Positions 18,685 to 26,418 of a stretch of 26,418 nt of DNA are shown in pieces. Made by a program: the position numbers and the translations under genes. The DNA is from an uncultured Lentimicrobiaceae bacterium. Lineage in GTDB: Bacteria; Bacteroidota; Bacteroidia; Bacteroidales; WCHB1-69. The notes beneath the pieces were generated by a model. The model searched no databases. It saw only the letters and a program-made list of their open reading frames with translations, and was not told the DNA's origin. Location: the NCBI GenBank assembly GCA_964371885.1, contig CAYJOY010000002.1:1-26418 (forward strand). Direction: 5' to 3'. The number at the start of each line of letters is the position of its first letter. Within the stretch, counting starts at the first letter, position 1.

Positions 18685-20202
18685 ATGCTCCAGTTATTAA
18701 ACAATCCTATCCGTTCTTATTTTTCTTTTCGTGAAGATAGAATAGTATCACTTTATGAACACGCATTCGAGACACAAGAAAAATGGTTTAACTATTTAGT
18801 AAGAAACGGTTTGAACACCGCTTTTGGGAAAGATTTCGGGTTTACTCCTAACATGCAATACGAAGCTTTTAAACGGAGCGTTCCTGTTCAGGATTACAAT
18901 ACACTTTTCCCTTATATTCAAAGAGTTATTAAAGGGGAAGACAATGTACTTTGGAATGCTAAAATTCCTTGGGTGGCAAAATCGTCGGGCACTACACAAA
19001 ACAAGAGCAAGTTTATTCCTGTCTCTAACGAGTCGTTGCATCTCAACAATTTTTTAGCAGCTAAGGATTCGCTTACTTTTTACACAGAGATGTTTCCCGA
19101 CACTAAACTATTTGCTGGCAAAGCTATTACATTAGGGGGTAGTTTCCAACAGATGGACGGGGAAGCAGCAGTGAAATGTGGCGACATTTCTGCTATCCTT
19201 ATGGACTGTATGCCTGCATTGGGCGATATGCTGAAAGCTCCTGGCAAAGAGGTATTACTGAATAACAACTGGAACGAGAAACTCAAATTAATTGCACAAC
19301 ACACTGTAAACGAAAATATTACTTCTATTTCCGGGGTTCCTTCATTGATTTTATTGGTATTACAAGAGTTGCTTGTTATGACTGGAAAGCAAGATGTGCT
19401 TCAGGTGTGGAGGAATATTGAGGTATTTTTCCATGGGGGTGTAGACTTTGCCCCTTATAAGAAAGAATACGACAAGCTATTCCCCAACAATAGTGTTTTT
19501 TACATGAATATGTATAACGCTTCGGAGGGATTTTTTGGTTTTCAGGATCAACGTTGCTGCAACGACTTGCTACTGCTTACCGACCATGGAATTTTTTACG
19601 AGTTTATGGAATTTTCGAGCACCACTTCCGATGATGCTAAAGTAATACCGCTACACGAAGTGGAGCTGGGAAAACGATATGCTATTCTAATTACCACCCC
19701 CGCTGGCCTGTGGCGCTATATGATTGGCGATACGATAGAATTTACCTCACTACGCCCTTTTAGATACAAGATATGTGGACGTACTACACAGTATATTAAT
19801 GTGTTTGGAGAGGAACTCATCATTGCTAATGCCGACGACGCACTCGCACACGCCTGCAACAAAACGGGAGCCATTATCAATGAGTATACTGCCGCCCCTA
19901 TCTTTTTACAAAACAAAGAGAACAAAGGTGGGCACCAATGGGTGATAGAGTTTAGTAAAGAGCCCGAAAACATGGAAGCGTTTCAACAACATTTAGACCA
20001 CGCCCTTAAAATGGCCAACTCCGATTATGAGGCAAAACGGACAGGAGATCTGATGTTGATTCCCCCTTCAATTGTTCATGCCCCAAAGGGGACTTTCCTA
20101 AAGTGGCTAGAAAGTCGCGAAAAACTAGGAGGACAGCATAAAGTGCCACGCCTAAGAAACGACAGAAGCATTATGGAAGAAATACTGCAACTTATTAAAT
20201 AA
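18685..20202 (+). CDS. GH3 (auxin-responsive promoter family) acyl-acid amido synthetase-like protein
   Basis: AKSSGTT...SKFIP, YNASEG, GLWRY.IGD, GRT and GGQHKVPRL motifs. Confidence 0.92.
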   Translation: MLQLLNNPIRSYFSFREDRIVSLYEHAFETQEKWFNYLVRNGLNTAFGKDFGFTPNMQYEAFKRSVPVQDYNTLFPYIQRVIKGEDNVLWNAKIPWVAKSSGTTQNKSKFIPVSNESLHLNNFLAAKDSLTFYTEMFPDTKLFAGKAITLGGSFQQMDGEAAVKCGDISAILMDCMPALGDMLKAPGKEVLLNNNWNEKLKLIAQHTVNENITSISGVPSLILLVLQELLVMTGKQDVLQVWRNIEVFFHGGVDFAPYKKEYDKLFPNNSVFYMNMYNASEGFFGFQDQRCCNDLLLLTDHGIFYEFMEFSSTTSDDAKVIPLHEVELGKRYAILITTPAGLWRYMIGDTIEFTSLRPFRYKICGRTTQYINVFGEELIIANADDALAHACNKTGAIINEYTAAPIFLQNKENKGGHQWVIEFSKEPENMEAFQQHLDHALKMANSDYEAKRTGDLMLIPPSIVHAPKGTFLKWLESREKLGGQHKVPRLRNDRSIMEEILQLIK

Positions 20203-20221
20203 TAACTACTTTCTATTTTTC

Positions 20222-21871
20222 TCAGAACAGTTCGCGTGCTGCGTTAATAGCTGCATCCCCTACTTTGTGGCCACTCATCATTTTCGCCACCTCATTTACT
20301 CGCTCTTCGTGGGTGAGTACTTTAACGTTGGTGTAGGTCTTATCATCTACAACATCCTTATATACAAAGAAATGATTTTCGCCTTTGGCGGCCACTTGGG
20401 GCAAGTGTGTTATTACAATAAGTTGGTGTTTATTGGCCATATCGGCCATCATAAGTGCCGCTTTGCCTGCTATTTCTCCTGATATACCAGTGTCTATCTC
20501 GTCGAAAACTACTGTGGGCAACAACGTAGTGGTAGAGATAATGGTTTTCATAGCGAGCATCATCCTCGACTGCTCTCCGCCAGAAGCCACTGTTTCCAAT
20601 GGTTGCGCCGTTTGTCCCTTGTTAGCAGAAAATAGAAACGTAATCTCGTCGGAACCATCCTCCTTAAAAATATCGCTTTTTGACAAGGCGACTTTAAAAA
20701 GACCATCTTCCATTCCTAACTGTGCCATCTTCTTCATCACCTCACTTTCTAAATGTGGAATAACAGCAGAACGCCTCTCCGTTATTTCCTCCGAAAGAGT
20801 TCTAATCACCTCATAGTGTGAGTAGTACTCTTTTGTTAAAGAGACGATTTCTTCCTCTATTAAATTGATATGCTCTATTTGAGAACTAAAAGAGGCCGCT
20901 TTCTCCATGAGTTGCTCCACCGTTTGAAGTTGATATTTTTGTTGTAATCGATAAATATTATCTAATTTATTTTGAGATAATTGCGCCTCTTCCTCATTCA
21001 CCTCTCCTACCGAATCTCGATTGGCAATTTCAAAACTCAAATCTTTCAATTCCACTATAATAGCCTCTACTCTATTGGCCCACTCCTCCGCAACTGTATC
21101 ATAGCTTGCTAACTGTACACAATTTTGTTTCAAACTCTTCATCATACCCAACAGCGACGGTTCACCCTCCTCTATCCAATAACTTGCTTGTTGTATATTG
21201 GTTGCTATGGCTTCGGCATTGGCATACAATTTCAACTTATTTTCCAACTCCTCTTGTATTCCCACTTCAAGGCTAGCCTCTGCCAACTCATTAATTTGAA
21301 AATTGATATAGTCCTGTTCTTTCTGTAGCGTGGCTAGCGCTTCTTGTTTAACTTTAAGTTTTTTTTCTATCTGCAGATAATGTGATAAGCGCTGTTGATA
21401 TTGCTGTATGACTTCTGTATGTTGTGCAAACTGATCGAGTAATCCAGTTTTAAACCCTTTTCTTTGAAATAACAGATGACTTTGTTGTGAGTGAATATCA
21501 ATAAGATGCGATGCTATTGACTTAAGTACCGACAAGGTAACTGGAGTATCATTCACAAACGCCCGCGACTTCCCCATCTGGTTAATTTCCCTTCTCAGCG
21601 TGGTTATTTCAGCATAATCTAAATCATTCTCTCGAAAAAAGGGTTCCAATTGTAGATGCTTCAATTGGAAAGTCCCTTCTACAATACACTTCTTGGTATC
21701 ATCGAATAAGACGTTGGTATCGGCGCGTTGCCCTAATATTAACGAGAGTGCTCCTAATAATATCGATTTTCCAGCACCCGTTTCCCCTGTTATTACATTA
21801 AATCCTGCATCGAGTGAAAATTTAACAGAGCGGATAATTGCGTAGTTTTCTATTTGGAGTTCGGTGAGCAT
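20222..21871 (-). CDS. recN: DNA repair protein RecN
   Basis: ITGETGAGKS Walker A, coiled coil, ASGGE signature, FDEIDTGISG, ITHLPQVAA. Confidence 0.96.
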   Translation of the reverse strand: MLTELQIENYAIIRSVKFSLDAGFNVITGETGAGKSILLGALSLILGQRADTNVLFDDTKKCIVEGTFQLKHLQLEPFFRENDLDYAEITTLRREINQMGKSRAFVNDTPVTLSVLKSIASHLIDIHSQQSHLLFQRKGFKTGLLDQFAQHTEVIQQYQQRLSHYLQIEKKLKVKQEALATLQKEQDYINFQINELAEASLEVGIQEELENKLKLYANAEAIATNIQQASYWIEEGEPSLLGMMKSLKQNCVQLASYDTVAEEWANRVEAIIVELKDLSFEIANRDSVGEVNEEEAQLSQNKLDNIYRLQQKYQLQTVEQLMEKAASFSSQIEHINLIEEEIVSLTKEYYSHYEVIRTLSEEITERRSAVIPHLESEVMKKMAQLGMEDGLFKVALSKSDIFKEDGSDEITFLFSANKGQTAQPLETVASGGEQSRMMLAMKTIISTTTLLPTVVFDEIDTGISGEIAGKAALMMADMANKHQLIVITHLPQVAAKGENHFFVYKDVVDDKTYTNVKVLTHEERVNEVAKMMSGHKVGDAAINAARELF

Positions 21872-21873
21872 TT

Positions 21874-22779
21874 TTATTTTTCAGCAGATTGATTAATCTC
21901 ATCATAACGGGAAGCATTCGCAGGATCTACCTGTTTCATGATAGTAATTACTTGTTGTTTCTCGCCAGAAGTTCCGTTCTTGAAGATATTTATAATTTCC
22001 TGATATTTAGACTGTACTATTACTTGCACTATAAATAATCCGCTACGTTGCTGAGCTACTTGTTGCAACAACCTGAGGCTTTCCAAAATTGCCGCGCGCC
22101 CTACATCTGGCGACTCCTGCATAACATCTAACCCCAAACGGTGGTAGTTGTATAAGAACGTATGGATGTTAGCATAGCTCACATTGGTAAGGTTTTCCAT
22201 TAACCAGTAACGGTTGTTTTGCCCCGATTCGAACGATTGCCATCCCCCCTCTTTTGCCGATTGGCACGCGCTTACTATAGCTTGACATTTATTGTAATAT
22301 GGAGCACCACCATTTGGGGAGAAAGTGTCGAAATCGACTGCTAAGAAGAGGTTTAAATAGTATGCAATAATAGAAGTTAGGGTGAGCACATTGCTATTTT
22401 CTACAAACTCTAATGGATTACCTTCTGTATAGGTAAATTCTATTTTATTATCTTGAAAATTGAGCACTGTGGTTTTATAATTAGTCTTATAAACAGGACG
22501 TTGCAACTGAATAATGGCAGTTCCCGAATAGGTATCGCCACTTTGAGCTGTTAAATTAATAACAATAGAGCACTCTATCCTTTCGTACTGTTTTAAGGTA
22601 TATTGGCACCATTTTCTATCGTTTACAAATGCCACCAACTCCTGTTGTAAATTATTGAAACGTTCACGGTTAGACCCAGATATTTGTTGGCTATTTATAG
22701 AAACCTGGCACTGAAAATCTTGCGCCATTAATCCTAAAGATACTAATAAAAAGAGGGCTATTATATATAGTTTTTTCAT
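21874..22779 (-). CDS. DUF4835 family protein (PorD-like)
   Basis: Signal peptide from MKKLY (likely start 22779), AQ-D, FVNDRKW, ERIEC, RPVY, DFDTFS..GG, NRYWL, YHRLGLD. Immediately upstream of recN, as is usual in Bacteroidota. Confidence 0.85.
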   Translation of the reverse strand: MKKLYIIALFLLVSLGLMAQDFQCQVSINSQQISGSNRERFNNLQQELVAFVNDRKWCQYTLKQYERIECSIVINLTAQSGDTYSGTAIIQLQRPVYKTNYKTTVLNFQDNKIEFTYTEGNPLEFVENSNVLTLTSIIAYYLNLFLAVDFDTFSPNGGAPYYNKCQAIVSACQSAKEGGWQSFESGQNNRYWLMENLTNVSYANIHTFLYNYHRLGLDVMQESPDVGRAAILESLRLLQQVAQQRSGLFIVQVIVQSKYQEIINIFKNGTSGEKQQVITIMKQVDPANASRYDEINQSAEK

Positions 22780-22838
22780 AAGACAATGCAAAAAGTTATT
22801 AACGCATTAGTTAGTGTGTTATTGTAAACATTAGAGAT

Positions 22839-22858
22839 ATTTTTAGAAGTCCCCTATA
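22839..22858. repeat. Solo terminal-repeat copy of the MITE-like element
   Basis: ATTTTTAGAAGTCCCCTATA matches 18617-18636 at 19/20 positions. Confidence 0.7.
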
Positions 22859-22859
22859 T

Positions 22860-23627
22860 TTAAATATCGAAAATATTCTCGATATTATGCGTGGTAGTTT
22901 TCAGCACCTCCTCTATTGATGTTTCGAGTACGTTAGCAATATGTTCGGCAATGTGCGGAATATAGGCTGGCTCATTTCGCTTTCCTCTAAATGGAACTGG
23001 AGCCAAGAATGGGGCATCGGTCTCAAGAGCAATATGTTGCAAGCCTACTTCTTTTACAATATCTTGCAACTTATTTTTCTTAAATGTTACTACTCCGCTT
23101 ATCCCTAGTAAGAAACCATGATCTACTGCCCATTTAGCCTCTTGTATACCTCCTGAAAAGCAATGCAAAACCCCTTTCAATGGGTGGCTCTTGAATTTAG
23201 AAAGTACAGAGAAGGCTTCGTTATAACCATTTCTGATATGAATTGACAAAGGGAAATGACAATCGGCGGCCCAATTGAGTTGCGTCTCGAACGCCACTAA
23301 CTGCTCGGCTACAAATTGTGTGCTGTGATATAAGTCCATTCCTATTTCTCCAACGCCTACTATTTGAGGATGAGACAGGAAGGTAGCTAATGCATCTAGT
23401 TCTTGCTGGTAATTTTCGTTAACATCTGTAGGGTGAAGTCCCGTTAATGGAAATAGATTTTTGGGATATTTGGCTGAAATCTCTAACAAATCGTCCATTG
23501 TTTCGAGGTTAACACATGGGAGTATCATTTTTTCCACTCCTGCTCTAACCGCATTTTCTATGGTTGCCTCTAAATCGCTAGGAAAATATTCTCTATAGAT
23601 GTGTGTATGTGAATCGATATAATACAT
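22860..23627 (-). CDS. tatD: TatD family hydrolase/DNase
   Basis: IDSHTH, GLHP, GEIGMD, IH, LHCFSG, ETDAPFL, RGKRNEP. Likely ATG at 23627. Confidence 0.92.
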   Translation of the reverse strand: MYYIDSHTHIYREYFPSDLEATIENAVRAGVEKMILPCVNLETMDDLLEISAKYPKNLFPLTGLHPTDVNENYQQELDALATFLSHPQIVGVGEIGMDLYHSTQFVAEQLVAFETQLNWAADCHFPLSIHIRNGYNEAFSVLSKFKSHPLKGVLHCFSGGIQEAKWAVDHGFLLGISGVVTFKKNKLQDIVKEVGLQHIALETDAPFLAPVPFRGKRNEPAYIPHIAEHIANVLETSIEEVLKTTTHNIENIFDI

Positions 23628-23631
23628 AACT

Positions 23632-25395
23632 TTATTCAAACAGTGATTCTATGGTACTCTCAAATTTTTTCACAATAAAGTTTCTTCTTAACTTCAGTGT
23701 TGGTGTTAATTCTCCAGAATCTGGCGACCAAGGGTAGCCAATGAGTTTAAATCTTTTTATTTGCTCTGTTGCCCCTAAAAATTTATTATATTTCGCTACT
23801 ACCCTTGAGTACTTTTGCAGCACTAACTGATGAGTAACCATCTCTTCGTTAGTAGTATACGAAACGCCTTTTACTTTACAGTACGATCGGAGCGTTGCAA
23901 ACTCGGGCACTATTAATGCCGCGGCATAAGGTTTATTCTCCCCAAGCACTATAATATTATCGATAAGAGGGTCTTCCGAGAATCTATTTTCTACCAACGA
24001 TGGGACGATATATTTTCCGAAGGCCGTTTTAAAGAGTTCTTTTTTACGCCCGGTTATTCTGAGTTGTCCTTCAGCTTCAAAGGCTCCTAAATCGCCGGTA
24101 AAGAACCATCCATCTTTATCAATAGCTTCACGTGTCTGTTCTTCATCTTTAAAATACCCTTTCATAACACATTTACTACGTGTTAAAATTTCACCATCTT
24201 CGTTAATTTTAACTTGCACTCCTGGTAACGGCGGCCCTACTGTTCCTATTTTAATACCATCTTTAAAGAAATTCGACACCGCAATAACTGGTGCTGTTTC
24301 GGTAAGTCCGTACCCTTCGAGCACAGGCACTTCCATGGCCCAAAATATTTTACAAATTACTGGCGAGATGGCTGCTCCACCCGAAACCACCACATTGAGT
24401 CGTCCTCCGAGTGCCTCCTTCCATTTCCGCAATACCAGCTTGCGCGCTATCTTCAGTTTGGTTCTATAGCACCACGAGGTTCCAGAAAGTTCATATTCTA
24501 ATGCTACTTTATTGGCCCAGAAGAAAAGTCTTTTTTTGATACCCGTTTGTTTATGCCCCACTGCTATAATGCGATCGTAGAACTTCTCTAACAAGCGCGG
24601 CACCGATGTGAAGATGTCTGGACGAACCTCTTTCAAATTATCGGCAATTGTGGCCATGCTTTCGGCATAGTAAATCCCTACGCCTAGGTAGTGCCACGTA
24701 TAGGTCATCATTCTTTCATAAACATGACAAAGAGGAAGATAACTCAACACTTTACTATCGGGTTGCACAGGAACAATGGGGGCAACCCCCTTTACATTTT
24801 CTAAAATATTTTCGTGCGATAACATTACCCCTTTCGGCTGCTTGGTGGTTCCAGAAGTGTAAATTAAGGTTACAATATCTTGAGGAACTATGCTTGCTTT
24901 TATCTCCTCTAAGTATGAAGGGCTCGGATTGGCAATTCCCAATTCTATCACTTCATTTAAGTGCTTATAACCTCTTAAATTTCTGAATGTAAAAACATTA
25001 TCTTGCAAAGCGGGGATTGTAGAGAGTATCGATTCTATTTTACGCAACAGTTCCCACCCCGATACAAACACCATCTTCACCTCCGCATGATTAAGGATAT
25101 GCTCATAGTCTTCGTGGCTAATTGTGGGATATATAGATACATGGATTGCTCCTAACTGATGGAGGGCCATGTCTAAAAAATTCCACTCAGGTCGGTTATT
25201 GGTAATAGAGGCTATTCTGTCGCCCTTCCTTACCCCTAGCTGCATGAGCCCATACGAGATATGGTTTACTTTCTCTATATATTGTTGCGTTGAATAATAG
25301 GTCCACACTCCATTTTCCTTAGCCACAAGGGCATCTTTTCGGGGAAATTTTTCTTGGTAATGTGTTAGCAGGTCAAATATTCTGGTAACTTTCAT
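23632..25395 (-). CDS. Long-chain fatty-acid--CoA ligase (AMP-binding)
   Basis: IYTSGTTKQPKG, YLPLCHVYE, EGYGLTET, FFTGDLG, GRKKE, ELTPTLK. Confidence 0.92.
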   Translation of the reverse strand: MKVTRIFDLLTHYQEKFPRKDALVAKENGVWTYYSTQQYIEKVNHISYGLMQLGVRKGDRIASITNNRPEWNFLDMALHQLGAIHVSIYPTISHEDYEHILNHAEVKMVFVSGWELLRKIESILSTIPALQDNVFTFRNLRGYKHLNEVIELGIANPSPSYLEEIKASIVPQDIVTLIYTSGTTKQPKGVMLSHENILENVKGVAPIVPVQPDSKVLSYLPLCHVYERMMTYTWHYLGVGIYYAESMATIADNLKEVRPDIFTSVPRLLEKFYDRIIAVGHKQTGIKKRLFFWANKVALEYELSGTSWCYRTKLKIARKLVLRKWKEALGGRLNVVVSGGAAISPVICKIFWAMEVPVLEGYGLTETAPVIAVSNFFKDGIKIGTVGPPLPGVQVKINEDGEILTRSKCVMKGYFKDEEQTREAIDKDGWFFTGDLGAFEAEGQLRITGRKKELFKTAFGKYIVPSLVENRFSEDPLIDNIIVLGENKPYAAALIVPEFATLRSYCKVKGVSYTTNEEMVTHQLVLQKYSRVVAKYNKFLGATEQIKRFKLIGYPWSPDSGELTPTLKLRRNFIVKKFESTIESLFE

Positions 25396-25400
25396 TTCTC

Positions 25401-26333
25401 TTATTTAAGTTCTACACTACCCTCGCCTAAGAGTGTGTCGTCTGAATAAATTTGCACCCAATATCTCCCTTTAATCGCTTTATCGCCATCTTTTAAATCC
25501 CACTTCATGGTTACTGTTTCGGCAGCTCCGTTATAATTTACCACACTTTTGGCAGTATATTGTAACTTTGTTCCGTTGTGCATAAACGAATAGCCATCGC
25601 CAGAACCTTGCATTAACACTTTCCCTGTTTCTGGAACAGAAATACGGCAATATACATTGATAGGACCAGCAGGAATGAGTGGGTTTTCGCTTAAAATAAA
25701 AGTGGTTTTTATAGCGTCTACTCTAGCAGCGCGCTCTGTAATCACCTCTTCTTTATCTTTATTTTTGTACATTACGCCACGCAATGCCACGTTGTATGCC
25801 TTAAAAACAGCCGCACCACTAATTTTGGTATTTAATTCCTCTTTCTCTTGTTGAAGATTTTGCGACTCTTGACGCGACTGCGCCAACGATGCTTTCACCT
25901 CGGTATTCTCCTCTTTCAGCAATTTATTCTCCGTATATAACTGATCGATTTCTGCAACATACTCTTTGGCTATACCTTGTAAACGCTCTAACTGACGTTT
26001 CACTTTTTTATAATCTGCCTGCGAATTGATTAATTTCTTAATTTCGGCTGCATTGGCCAAAATAATACTGTCTTTCTCTGTCAGTTGCTCCGATAATTCA
26101 CCATACTCTACTTTAATAGATTCGTGATGAAATATTAAAGAGTCTAATTCCGAAGTGAGGGCCTCTTTCGCTAATTCTGTTTTTATATACTCTTTATTGA
26201 ACACTGGCTTCGCAAAGTACCCAAAATAAAGGGTAGTTCCGAAAAAGACCATCGTTAGGAGCGATAAAAGTATAACCCATTTTTTCAGAGGGTTGTTATT
26301 TTTTTCTGATTGAATTGCAACGTCTGTACTCAT
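25401..26333 (-). CDS. Hypothetical membrane-anchored coiled-coil protein
   Basis: Single N-terminal TM helix, ~120-aa heptad-rich region and a beta-rich C-terminal domain (GRYWVQIY..LGEG). 5 nt from the acyl-CoA ligase start. Confidence 0.75.
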   Translation of the reverse strand: MSTDVAIQSEKNNNPLKKWVILLSLLTMVFFGTTLYFGYFAKPVFNKEYIKTELAKEALTSELDSLIFHHESIKVEYGELSEQLTEKDSIILANAAEIKKLINSQADYKKVKRQLERLQGIAKEYVAEIDQLYTENKLLKEENTEVKASLAQSRQESQNLQQEKEELNTKISGAAVFKAYNVALRGVMYKNKDKEEVITERAARVDAIKTTFILSENPLIPAGPINVYCRISVPETGKVLMQGSGDGYSFMHNGTKLQYTAKSVVNYNGAAETVTMKWDLKDGDKAIKGRYWVQIYSDDTLLGEGSVELK

Positions 26334-26418
26334 AATTCTATTTATTTTTGTTATTGACTTCTTGAAACGTAAAAAAAGGGGAAAATTATATTTACTAAGT
26401 GATATTTAAATTCTATTT

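Overview
AT-rich Bacteroidota (Bacteroidales-like) chromosomal segment, judged from TAnnTTTG -7 promoter motifs, the MurF-Alr fusion and the DUF4835-recN pairing. It is mostly housekeeping. In order it carries a flavodoxin-ferredoxin, a lipoprotein, a permuted NlpC/P60 hydrolase, an M20 amidohydrolase, methylmalonyl-CoA mutase, cysS-lysS-murF/alr, a 5'-nucleotidase, an AddB-like nuclease, the NfeD-SPFH pair, a GH3 enzyme, recN, DUF4835, TatD, a long-chain acyl-CoA ligase and a coiled-coil membrane protein. The most notable non-coding signal is a ~211 bp MITE-like element (18426-18636). It has 21-bp TATA-ended terminal inverted repeats enclosing a ~120-nt rod hairpin whose G-U pairs all favour the + strand. 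A ~41 bp internally deleted sister copy abuts it, and a solo end lies 4.2 kb away. Other anomalies are a frameshift in lysS, two substitutions at normally invariant mutase residues (including the B12 DxHxxG motif), a truncated AAA ATPase with a triple-half-site operator, and an unannotated ORF end at the left edge. I saw no CRISPR array, tRNA, rRNA or intact transposase, and I cannot claim a clearly new multi-gene system.
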